A stretch of 64,000 bases of DNA from a virus: IMG/VR virus record IMGVR_UViG_3300043410_001242; one strand, written 5' to 3'. Position numbers and translations under genes: made by a program. The stretch's first letter is position 1. Every line of letters begins with the position of its first letter. The notes under the pieces were generated by a model. That model saw only the letters and a list, made by a program, of their open reading frames with translations, had not been told where the DNA came from and did no database searches. Shown here one piece after another: positions 1 to 7,449 of this stretch.

Positions 1-32
1 AACGGAAATGCAATTTAATTGATGGAGTTATT

Positions 33-851
33 ATGGAAATTTCTATTAAGAAAGAAGATTTACAAAAGCACAAATTGTTTGTTGCTACACCAATGTATGG
101 TGGAATGAATCATGGACTTTACATGAAGGCTTGTTTAGATTTACAAGCACTCTGTATGGCATATGGCATACAGGTAAAGTTTTCATTCCTTTTCAACGAA
201 TCACTTATCACAAGGGCAAGAAATTATCTTGTTGATGAGTTTCTTCACCGTTCTGATTGTTCTCATCTGTTGTTCTTGGATTCAGACATTTCATTTGATC
301 CTAATGACGTTATTGCTCTACTTGCACTAGACAAAGATGTTATTGGTGGCCCGTATCCTAAGAAGGCAATTAAGTGGAAAGCAGTTAAGACTGCAATCAA
401 CAAGAATGCAACAATTGATGCTGGTACTCTAGAAAAGGTCGCTGGTGATTTTGTGTTTAATCCTGTAAAGGGCACCGCACAATTCACTGTTACTGAACCT
501 TTACAGGTACTTGAAATTGGCACTGGTTTCATGTTGGTTAAACGCGAAGTCTTCACCAAGATGGAAGAAGCATATCCAATGATCCGATACAAACCTGACC
601 ATGTTGGACAAGCACACTTCGATGGATCTCGTTACATTCACGCATTCTTTGATACTGTAATCGACACTAAGGATTCTATTACTGGTGGTGGTTCTGAACG
701 ATATCTCTCAGAAGATTATATGTTCTGTCAGATGTGGCGCAAGATCGGTGGTGATATCTGGTTGTGTCCTTGGATGAGAACTTCTCATATTGGTACTTAT
801 CACTTCCAGGGTGATATGCCTGCTGTTGCTAACTTTGTGGGTGAAATGTAA
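33..851 (+). CDS. GT-A-fold glycosyltransferase-like protein conserved in T4-like phages
   Basis: FVATPMYGG start, ESLITRARN, DxD motif LFLDSDISF, YLSEDYMFC; SD GGAG upstream. Confidence 0.6.
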   Translation: MEISIKKEDLQKHKLFVATPMYGGMNHGLYMKACLDLQALCMAYGIQVKFSFLFNESLITRARNYLVDEFLHRSDCSHLLFLDSDISFDPNDVIALLALDKDVIGGPYPKKAIKWKAVKTAINKNATIDAGTLEKVAGDFVFNPVKGTAQFTVTEPLQVLEIGTGFMLVKREVFTKMEEAYPMIRYKPDHVGQAHFDGSRYIHAFFDTVIDTKDSITGGGSERYLSEDYMFCQMWRKIGGDIWLCPWMRTSHIGTYHFQGDMPAVANFVGEM

Positions 852-1174
852 TGACAAACGTGCAAGATCAAATTACCGATTCTGTAACAGTGGGTAAAAA
901 ATATGATCTTGGGAAGCCGATGTATAGTCTGCTTCCCACCAAAGCACTAAGAGCCACTGTAGATGTGTTGACCTTTGGTGCAAACAAATATGATATTGAT
1001 AACTGGAAATATGTGAATGATTCCAGACGCAGATATTTCGATGCGGCCCAGAGACACTTATGGGCTTGGAAAGAAGGAGAACAACTCGATCAGGAATCTG
1101 GTATGCACCATCTAGCACACGCAATGTGTTGTTTGATGTTCTTATATGAGAAAGACTTGGAAGGAAAGGATTGA
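851..1174 (+). CDS. dATP/dGTP diphosphohydrolase domain protein (DUF5664-like)
   Basis: GKKYDLGK..VLTFGANKY..NWK..AAQRHL..D.ESGMHHLAHA pattern. Confidence 0.75.
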   Translation: MTNVQDQITDSVTVGKKYDLGKPMYSLLPTKALRATVDVLTFGANKYDIDNWKYVNDSRRRYFDAAQRHLWAWKEGEQLDQESGMHHLAHAMCCLMFLYEKDLEGKD

Positions 1175-1199
1175 CAAGTTGATATTTTTTTGTTATAAT
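1171..1199 (+). promoter_or_regulatory. sigma70-type promoter for gp45 operon
   Basis: TTGACA-17-TATAAT with extended -10 TG. Confidence 0.8.
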
Positions 1200-1228
1200 G
1201 TAACTGTTTTTTATGATGAGGACTAATA

Positions 1229-1900
1229 ATGAAACTTTCTAATGAAACTTTGGCCGTGTTGAAGAATTTCTCAACCATCAATTCCGGTCTTGAGTTTAAA
1301 TCTGGTAATCAAATCGCAACAATGTCTCCAGGAAAGACCGTTCTTGCCAAGGCAGAACTCAATGATTCTTTCCCAGAAGATTTTTGTGTGTTTGATTTGA
1401 ATCAATTCTTGAGTGTTCATGCCACATTCCAGAACCCCAATCTTGACTTTGATGAGTTCAACATCATCTTTAATGAAAACAAGAGAAACACAAAATACAG
1501 GAAGACTGCTAAGGAGATGATTATTACACCTCCAGATAAGGCACTTACTCTTCCCACTGTAGATGCATCATTTAAGATTGAAGAATCAAATCTAATTTCA
1601 ATTCTAAAGACCGCCAACATTTTGCAATCACCGCACATTGCAATCGAATCTGATGGTGATAAGATTTGTCTGACATCCTTTAATGCAAAGGATGATTCGG
1701 CACACGTTAATACAATTGAACTTGCAGAAGGAAACGGTAATAAATTTACCGCTGTATTTCTGGCTGAGAACTGGAAAATGATTTCCGGAACTTACGATGT
1801 AGAAGTCTCATCTAGAGGCTTGGCATCATTTAATAACTGCAATCAAGGTATTCAGTATTGGATTGCACTTGAAGCAAAAGAATCTAAATTTGGAGAATAA
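1229..1900 (+). CDS. 45: sliding clamp gp45
   Basis: MKLSNETLAVLKNFSTIN start, YWIALE C-terminus, upstream of gp44/62. Confidence 0.95.
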   Translation: MKLSNETLAVLKNFSTINSGLEFKSGNQIATMSPGKTVLAKAELNDSFPEDFCVFDLNQFLSVHATFQNPNLDFDEFNIIFNENKRNTKYRKTAKEMIITPPDKALTLPTVDASFKIEESNLISILKTANILQSPHIAIESDGDKICLTSFNAKDDSAHVNTIELAEGNGNKFTAVFLAENWKMISGTYDVEVSSRGLASFNNCNQGIQYWIALEAKESKFGE

Positions 1901-1903
1901 TAT

Positions 1904-2089
1904 ATGATCTGGTTGTCTGATGTTAAAAATAATCACAAGGTTGCTGTTAACCCAAGTAATGTCGTTGCTGTGTTTACAGCACCAGACGGAGAGTTTGAAG
2001 GCAAGACTGTTGTTAGTCTTGTGAGTGGAACTCTTGTGGTTAATGAGACTGATCTTGATGTTGTAAGTATGGTAGAAGGAGCTAAGTAA
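1904..2089 (+). CDS. small hypothetical protein, FlbD-like pattern
   Basis: SD GGAG; MIWLSD..VAVNP..V...TVVSL..G..VVNE. Confidence 0.5.
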   Translation: MIWLSDVKNNHKVAVNPSNVVAVFTAPDGEFEGKTVVSLVSGTLVVNETDLDVVSMVEGAK

Positions 2090-2364
2090 TGAGTATCACT
2101 GTTCAAACTCTATATGGTACCTTTGATGAAAAACAGTTGAGGGAACTTAAGAGTGCGATTAATGAAATTGATGTTGAGATGACCAAAATTGATGGTCTTA
2201 ATGAATATATTGCAGATATTTGTGAAGTGACTCACCAGAATATTGGTATTCCTAAGAAGATTGTCAAGAAACTTGCTATCTCTAAACATAAACAAAACCT
2301 TGCACAGGTCGTTGCAGAAAGTAACGAACTTGAATCACTATACGAAGCAATCGGTAAAGTTTAA
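2089..2364 (+). CDS. dsbA: dsDNA-binding protein, T4 DsbA-like
   Basis: 91 aa helical protein, IPKKIVKKLA..HKQN...E..ELESLYE pattern. Confidence 0.65.
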   Translation: MSITVQTLYGTFDEKQLRELKSAINEIDVEMTKIDGLNEYIADICEVTHQNIGIPKKIVKKLAISKHKQNLAQVVAESNELESLYEAIGKV

Positions 2365-2408
2365 AATCTGTTGCCCCTTCGGGGGCATCTTTTATTATGG
2401 AGTATATT

Positions 2409-3338
2409 ATGGATCATATGTTGTGGGTTGAAAAGTATCGTCCTTCGAAGATTGCAGACTGTGTTCTTCCTGATAATATCAAGAAGATGTTTCAAGATTT
2501 TGCTGATCGCAAGGAAGTGCCAAATCTGCTTTTGTCTGGTGGTGCTGGTGTAGGAAAGACCACAATCGCCAAGGCACTTTGTAATGAAGTTGGTTGTGAT
2601 TACATGATGATCAACGGATCCGCAGATAATGGTATTGATTATATGCGGGTTCAGGTTAGAAATTATGCATCTTCTATGAGTCTGGCTGGAGGTCGAAAGG
2701 TCATCATCATTGACGAAGCAGATAATCTTTCACATGAGGCACAAAAGGCCTTGCGTGGTATTATCGAAGATGTGTCTATTAACTGTGCTTTCATTTTCAC
2801 ATGTAACTTTAAAAACAAGTTGCTGGATGCATTGCATTCTCGTTGCACCGTTATTGATTTTAAACTGAACGGAAGCAAACAAAAAGTTGCAGCCCAATTT
2901 TTCAAGAGGGTCGAGTATATTCTCGCTCAAGAGAATATTGAGTACAACAAAGAAGTTGTTGCGAATATCATCACCAAATATTTCCCAGACAATCGTAGAG
3001 TTCTAAATGAACTACAGAGATATTCTGTTTCTGGAACAATTGATGTTGGTGTTCTGAATTCGACATCTGATGTTGGTGTAGGTGAATTGGTCAAGAGCAT
3101 CAAACAACGTGATTTAGGATCCGCAAGAAAATGGGTCATTAATAACATTGATAACGATGTTGCATCAATGCTTCGCAAACTATATGATAGTTTGTACGAA
3201 TCACTCAAACCATCCTCTGTTCCTCAGATGATTATTTCAATTGGTACTTGGCAATATCGTAGTGCATTTATGGCCGATAATGAAATCGTTATGATGTGCT
3301 GTATTACTGAAATCATGTCTGATGCGGAGTTTAAGTAA
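2409..3338 (+). CDS. 44: clamp loader large subunit gp44
   Basis: LWVEKYRP, Walker A GGAGVGKTT, IIIDEAD, SRC; start moved to ATG after GGAG. Confidence 0.95.
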   Translation: MDHMLWVEKYRPSKIADCVLPDNIKKMFQDFADRKEVPNLLLSGGAGVGKTTIAKALCNEVGCDYMMINGSADNGIDYMRVQVRNYASSMSLAGGRKVIIIDEADNLSHEAQKALRGIIEDVSINCAFIFTCNFKNKLLDALHSRCTVIDFKLNGSKQKVAAQFFKRVEYILAQENIEYNKEVVANIITKYFPDNRRVLNELQRYSVSGTIDVGVLNSTSDVGVGELVKSIKQRDLGSARKWVINNIDNDVASMLRKLYDSLYESLKPSSVPQMIISIGTWQYRSAFMADNEIVMMCCITEIMSDAEFK

Positions 3339-3724
3339 TGCCTGATTTATTCAGAGAAATTATACCATCAATCTTACAGAACAAAAAGAATGTATTTGAA
3401 AATGGTATTTACTCAGATTACAATCCTTTTATTGTAAACCGGGCTTTATCCTATCATCTCGATTGTCTTCCATATGTTGCTGAATTGTCAATGTTATCAC
3501 ACCTTGATAAAGATATGCAATATCAGTACCTTATAAATACAATAAGGTCTTATAAACGCCCATTCCATAAATGGCAAAAAGTAGAGACTGTGGAAGATTT
3601 AGAATGTGTTAAAACCTATTTTGGTTACTCCAATCAAAAAGCAAAGGAAGCATTACGCATTCTCAACAATGAACAAATCGCTGAGATAAGAAAAAAAACG
3701 GACAAAGGCGGAGTGAAGAAGTAA
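3338..3724 (+). CDS. 62: clamp loader small subunit gp62
   Basis: YNPFIVNRALS, YFGYSNQKAKEAL; between 44 and regA. Confidence 0.9.
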   Translation: MPDLFREIIPSILQNKKNVFENGIYSDYNPFIVNRALSYHLDCLPYVAELSMLSHLDKDMQYQYLINTIRSYKRPFHKWQKVETVEDLECVKTYFGYSNQKAKEALRILNNEQIAEIRKKTDKGGVKK

Positions 3725-4128
3725 TGATTAACATTTCAAATTTAGTTGAAGTACGATTAATTGAGGAGGATGATTTTCTAAAAGTCAGAGAAACACTGAC
3801 TCGTATTGGTGTGGCCTCAAAAAAAGACAAGATACTGTATCAGTCTTGTCATATATTGCACAAGCAAGGACACTACTATATCGTACATTTTAAAGAATTA
3901 TTTTCGTTAGATGGTAAACCTACTGACATTTCTGAAAATGATTTGGCTCGTAGAAATGCAATTGCTAAATTATTGGAAGATTGGGGTCTTGTTGAAATTG
4001 TAAATAAGAAACAGATTGAGACTCCAGAACCTATTTTCTTGTCGCAGATCAAGATCATATCACACAAAGAAAAAGGTGAATGGGAATTAGTTCCGAAATA
4101 CAACATCGGAAAGAAAAAAGTCGTATAA
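3724..4128 (+). CDS. regA: translational repressor RegA
   Basis: DDFLKVRETLTRIGVAS, LYQSCHILHKQG, YIVHFKELF. Confidence 0.97.
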   Translation: MINISNLVEVRLIEEDDFLKVRETLTRIGVASKKDKILYQSCHILHKQGHYYIVHFKELFSLDGKPTDISENDLARRNAIAKLLEDWGLVEIVNKKQIETPEPIFLSQIKIISHKEKGEWELVPKYNIGKKKVV

Positions 4129-4279
4129 ATAATTATATCCCTCGGGATGGGACGCAAAGATCCACCTTAGGATCGTCTTGCCGTAGGAGCGTATGCCTAC
4201 TCCGGATCGGTAACCGGAACTATCACGCCTTCGGGGTGATACTTTAACATTAACTCGCTTTAATAGGAGAACTAAAATG
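4124..4279 (+). promoter_or_regulatory. T4-type late promoter plus multi-hairpin 5' UTR of hsp20 ending in ROSE-like SD hairpin
   Basis: TATAAATA 4124-4131; five hairpins; CTCGCT 4254-4259 pairs with SD AGGAG 4265-4269. Confidence 0.6.
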
Positions 4280-4726
4280 ACACATGCATATGGCAGAAAT
4301 CTGCTTCCTCTATCTGTTGGTTTTGACCATCTTCTCTCTACTCTTCAAGAATTCGAAGATATTGCCAAGCCATCAACATATCCTCCATACAATATTGTAA
4401 AGTTTGATGAAGATAATTATCAGATTCAAATTGCAGTTGCAGGATTTGGTCCTGATGAACTTGAAATTGAAGTGAAGGAAAACAAACTCACAGTAAATGG
4501 TGAAATTAAATCTGCATACACTTCAGATGTACAATTTCTACACCACGGTCTTGCATCCAGAGACTTCTCACACACGTTTAGATTGTCTGACACTGTTGTT
4601 GTAAAGACAGCTGATATTGTTAATGGTGTATTGAAGATTGATCTAGAGAATGTACTACCAGAAGAGAAGAAACCTCGCAAAATTCCTATTGGAAATGAAC
4701 CTCTCTTGACTTCTGACAAGAAGTAA
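4277..4726 (+). CDS. hsp20: small heat-shock protein Hsp20 (IbpA-like)
   Basis: YPPYNIVK, IAVAGF, FLHHGLASRDF, NGVLKIDL, PEEKKPRKIPI. Confidence 0.95.
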   Translation: MTHAYGRNLLPLSVGFDHLLSTLQEFEDIAKPSTYPPYNIVKFDEDNYQIQIAVAGFGPDELEIEVKENKLTVNGEIKSAYTSDVQFLHHGLASRDFSHTFRLSDTVVVKTADIVNGVLKIDLENVLPEEKKPRKIPIGNEPLLTSDKK

Positions 4727-4735
4727 TATATAATA

Positions 4736-4760
4736 GGGGGAAGAAATTCCCCCTTTTTTT
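4736..4760 (+). terminator. intrinsic terminator after hsp20
   Basis: GGGGGAA-gaaa-TTCCCCC then T8. Confidence 0.75.
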
Positions 4761-4775
4761 ATTTTGAGATTTGGA

Positions 4776-4967
4776 ATGAAGAACAAGATCAAACCAGTTC
4801 TAAGAAAAGTTAGACCTCTTGGAAATTTAGAAGATATATATTACACATATTCAAATTGGGACACCAAATTGATTGATGGTGTTGAGTACATCTATGTGGT
4901 TAAGAATATGGGTACAAGAGATACACCTAAATTAATGCGTAAAGACAACTTAGAAACGGTAAAATAA
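4776..4967 (+). CDS. hypothetical protein
   Basis: ORF abutting next gene, typical codon usage. Confidence 0.55.
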   Translation: MKNKIKPVLRKVRPLGNLEDIYYTYSNWDTKLIDGVEYIYVVKNMGTRDTPKLMRKDNLETVK

Positions 4968-5128
4968 TGGCACTGAAACAATCAAATAAGAATCGCAAAA
5001 AGAATACTTCTAAACAGACACAAGAAGAAATTAATCCAATAAAATCCTGGTGGTGGTTTCCCAACAAACCTAAACTGTATATTGTTGGAACAGGAGTGTT
5101 AATTTTTGTTTTGTTATTTTTGATATAA
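4967..5128 (+). CDS. small C-terminally anchored membrane protein (53 aa, below ORF-track cutoff)
   Basis: TAATG coupling; basic N-terminus, hydrophobic C-terminus YIVGTGVLIFVLLFLI. Confidence 0.5.
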   Translation: MALKQSNKNRKKNTSKQTQEEINPIKSWWWFPNKPKLYIVGTGVLIFVLLFLI

Positions 5129-5142
5129 CACAAGGGTATATT

Positions 5143-5508
5143 ATGAGACTTACTGGTCATGTTGAGAAATCTTGGGGCAATGAACTTATCTGGGCAACAA
5201 ATGATAAGTATTGTGGAAAACTACTAAATTTTAAGACAAACACTGAATTCTCCATGCACTTTCATTCTGAGAAAGATGAAAGTTGGTACGTCCTCAGTGG
5301 AAAATTTATTGTAAAATTTCTTGATACCAATACAGCCACGTTAAAACAACGCGAATTGTTACCAGGAGACACCTGGAGAAACGAACCGTTGTTACCACAT
5401 AAGTTGATATGCCTTGAAGAAGGAACGATCATTGAGGTGTCTACCGCAGACAGTGTGGAAGACAACTATAGAATTGCTCCTGGTGATTCACAAAGGAATC
5501 AAAAATGA
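5143..5508 (+). CDS. cupin-fold protein (mannose-6-P isomerase / sugar isomerase-like)
   Basis: VEKSWGNE, SMHFH..KDESWYV, PH, IIEVST..DNYR. Confidence 0.75.
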   Translation: MRLTGHVEKSWGNELIWATNDKYCGKLLNFKTNTEFSMHFHSEKDESWYVLSGKFIVKFLDTNTATLKQRELLPGDTWRNEPLLPHKLICLEEGTIIEVSTADSVEDNYRIAPGDSQRNQK

Positions 5509-5930
5509 AACAGAAATTTCTGGATGCATACATGGATGTTGCCCATCGTTTTGCACAGTTATCTACCGCAAATCGATTACAGGTTGGAGCAATCATTGTG
5601 AAAGATGATAGAATTATTTCTATCGGATACAATGGTATGCCTGCCGGCTGGACAAATGTTTGTGAACACTTTGTTGACAATGGACAACAGTCCGGATTTG
5701 TAACTAAACCTGAAGTCATTCATGCGGAAGCAAATGCAATCGCAAAGCTTGCCAAGTCACCAGAAAGTGGTGTAGGATCCACAATGTTTCTTACACATGC
5801 ACCTTGTATAGATTGTGCAAAACAAATCTACACTGCTGGCATAGAGAAGGTCTTTTATAAAGAAGATTATAGAAGTTGCCAAGGTCGAGATTTTCTGTTA
5901 CAATGTGGAATTGAGGTTGTAAAAGTATGA
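5505..5930 (+). CDS. cd: dCMP deaminase
   Basis: VGAIIVK, GYNG, HAEANA, PCIDC zinc motifs. Confidence 0.9.
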   Translation: MKQKFLDAYMDVAHRFAQLSTANRLQVGAIIVKDDRIISIGYNGMPAGWTNVCEHFVDNGQQSGFVTKPEVIHAEANAIAKLAKSPESGVGSTMFLTHAPCIDCAKQIYTAGIEKVFYKEDYRSCQGRDFLLQCGIEVVKV

Positions 5931-6058
5931 CTCAATGGCATGGTGGAAAAGGTTCCAGACCAAGAAATGTGGACAAAAAGAAGTTCGATGACAACTGGGA
6001 TCGAATTTTTGGTAAAAAAGATGAAAAAAAAGTGTTGCCAGATGAAAAAAAAAACTGA
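5927..6058 (+). CDS. small basic phage protein (43 aa)
   Basis: ATGA overlap with cd; GGKGSRPR...FDDNWDRIFG. Confidence 0.55.
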   Translation: MTQWHGGKGSRPRNVDKKKFDDNWDRIFGKKDEKKVLPDEKKN

Positions 6059-6064
6059 TACAAT
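6035..6064 (+). promoter_or_regulatory. sigma70-type promoter upstream of tRNA leader
   Basis: TTGCCA-18-TACAAT with TG extension. Confidence 0.55.
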
Positions 6065-6086
6065 ACCTAAAAATTGAAAAAACTTG

Positions 6087-6094
6087 TATAAATA
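6087..6094 (+). promoter_or_regulatory. T4-type late promoter
   Basis: TATAAATA, 5 nt before ATG 6100. Confidence 0.7.
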
Positions 6095-6099
6095 AAAAC

Positions 6100-6228
6100 A
6101 TGACTACTAAAAATTTATTTAAACTCTTAACCATATCGATGCCCGTGTCAAGCACATGGACTCCAGGTTATCGCCTGAATTCCATTCAATGCGCGGAACA
6201 TGATAGAATCGGGGTTTGTGACAGTTAA
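6100..6228 (+). CDS. putative attenuator leader peptide (42 aa, all 20 amino acids)
   Basis: MTTKNLFKLLTISMPVSSTWTPGYRLNSIQCAEHDRIGVCDS*; 36 distinct codons; 3' end overlaps antiterminator strand. Confidence 0.7.
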   Translation: MTTKNLFKLLTISMPVSSTWTPGYRLNSIQCAEHDRIGVCDS

Positions 6229-6255
6229 AAAGTAGAATTACCAAATAACAATCAC

Positions 6256-6287
6256 AAAACCCGAACCCTAAAAAGTTCGGGTTTTTT
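6256..6287 (+). terminator. attenuator terminator in front of tRNA array
   Basis: AAAACCCGAAC-cctaaaaa-GTTCGGGTTTT plus T run; left arm alternatively pairs with 6209-6221. Confidence 0.85.
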
Positions 6288-6295
6288 GTTATTAA

Positions 6296-6308
6296 GCTCT
6301 TTAAAAAT
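6296..6308 (+). promoter_or_regulatory. rrn-type boxA antitermination element
   Basis: GCTCTTTAAAAAT versus rrn boxA TGCTCTTTAACA; immediately before first tRNA. Confidence 0.65.
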
Positions 6309-6326
6309 ATAGAACGTTTGTATAGT

Positions 6327-6401
6327 GGTGACTGTGGTGTAATGGTAGCACCTCTCTCTGTGAAAGAGAAAGCACGGGATCGATACCCGTCAGTCACCCC
6401 A
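6327..6401 (+). tRNA. tRNA-His(GTG)
   Basis: cloverleaf, G-1, TCTCT-ct GTG aa-AGAGA, encoded CCA. Confidence 0.9.
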
Positions 6402-6402
6402 A

Positions 6403-6478
6403 GCCGGTTAAGCTAATCTGGTGAAAGCGCTTGTCTGAAGAACAAGAGAGCGTGGATCAAAACCACGAACCGGCACCA
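6403..6478 (+). tRNA. tRNA-Phe(GAA)
   Basis: CTTGT-ct GAA ga-ACAAG, CCA. Confidence 0.9.
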
Positions 6479-6483
6479 ATTTT

Positions 6484-6557
6484 GGGTCTTTGGTGAAATG
6501 GAATCACACCCTCCTTACAAGTGGGAGTCAGCGGATCGATACCGTTAAGACCTACCA
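6484..6557 (+). tRNA. tRNA-Val(TAC)
   Basis: cloverleaf, ct TAC aa loop, CCA. Confidence 0.88.
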
Positions 6558-6565
6558 AACAAAAT

Positions 6566-6642
6566 GCCCTTGTAGTGAAATGGAATTATCACGCATCGCT
6601 ACGGACGATGTATTGTGGGTTTGAATCCTGCCGAGGGTGCCA
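6566..6642 (+). tRNA. tRNA-Arg(ACG)
   Basis: CATCG-ct ACG ga-CGATG, CCA. Confidence 0.9.
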
Positions 6643-6648
6643 ATTTAT

Positions 6649-6737
6649 GGAGGGTTATGTAACCTGGGATGTTACGTCTGGTTTGAACCCAGAGCGAGCC
6701 GAAAGGCCAGGAGTTCGATTCTGCCATCCCTCCGCCA
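6649..6737 (+). tRNA. tRNA-Ser(TGA)
   Basis: TCTGG-tt TGA ac-CCAGA, long V-arm, G73, CCA. Confidence 0.85.
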
Positions 6738-6862
6738 ATTATAGGAGAAAAGAAATGGGGAGTACGAGTATTTAAATTATCAATATGTTGTTGATGATTA
6801 TACATTATACACATATACGGATTTTATGAGTGACTTCATCATATTTTTTTCTTTTAGTTTTT

Positions 6863-6949
6863 AGAAGATGATATCAGATGGTTCTGATACTTGCTTGGAA
6901 AGCAATGTGGTCCGAAAGGGCTGGGGCTCGATTCCTCCGTCTTCTGCCA
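6863..6949 (+). tRNA. tRNA-Ser(GGA)
   Basis: TTGC-tt GGA aa-GCAA, long V-arm, GCCA end. Confidence 0.8.
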
Positions 6950-6958
6950 ATTCAAAAC

Positions 6959-7046
6959 GGAAGATTAATCAGTTGGGAACTGGAACGGTTTGCTAAACCA
7001 GTTGAACCTGCAAGGGTTTGGGGATCGAGACCTCAGTCTTCCGCCA
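6959..7046 (+). tRNA. tRNA-Ser(GCT)
   Basis: GGT-tt GCT aa-ACC, long V-arm, GCCA end. Confidence 0.8.
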
Positions 7047-7052
7047 ATTTAT

Positions 7053-7129
7053 GGTAGTGTGTCCGAATGGGAAGGAAGCTGATTGCAAATCAGTTATGTT
7101 TGCGGGTTCGAATCCTGTCACTACCTCCA
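7053..7129 (+). tRNA. tRNA-Cys(GCA)
   Basis: GCTGA-tt GCA aa-TCAGT, U73, CCA. Confidence 0.9.
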
Positions 7130-7141
7130 AACAAAAAGTGC

Positions 7142-7170
7142 TTGACAAGGAAGACACTCTAGTGTATAAT
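7142..7170 (+). promoter_or_regulatory. internal sigma70 promoter in tRNA array
   Basis: TTGACA-17-TATAAT. Confidence 0.8.
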
Positions 7171-7197
7171 ATCTTCCATCAAGTGAGAGAAAGTTAT

Positions 7198-7274
7198 GGA
7201 CCTGTCGTCTACTTGGTTTAGGATACAAGATTTTCACTCTTGTGAACGGAGTTCGAATCTCCGCAGGTCTACCA
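7198..7274 (+). tRNA. tRNA-Glu(TTC)
   Basis: CAAGA-tt TTC ac-TCTTG, CCA. Confidence 0.9.
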
Positions 7275-7280
7275 AACAAT

Positions 7281-7366
7281 GCGTAAGCGCCGGAGTGGGA
7301 GAGCCGGGCCAGACTGTAAATCTGTTGTCTCTGACTGAATAGGTTCGAATCCTATATTACGCACCA
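7281..7366 (+). tRNA. tRNA-Tyr(GTA)
   Basis: CAGA-ct GTA aa-TCTG, long V-arm, CCA. Confidence 0.9.
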
Positions 7367-7371
7367 ATTTT

Positions 7372-7446
7372 GAGAGTGAAGCTTTAATGGTGAAGCATCT
7401 GGCTCTTAACCAGACGAAGAGGGATCGTTACCTTCCACTCTCACCA
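7372..7446 (+). tRNA. tRNA-Lys(CTT)
   Basis: TCTGG-ct CTT aa-CCAGA, CCA. Confidence 0.9.
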
Positions 7447-7449
7447 AAT

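Noticed and set aside
6754-6775. SD-led six-codon ORF MGSTSI between Ser tRNAs
   Set aside because: Too short to support; no associated terminator structure seen.
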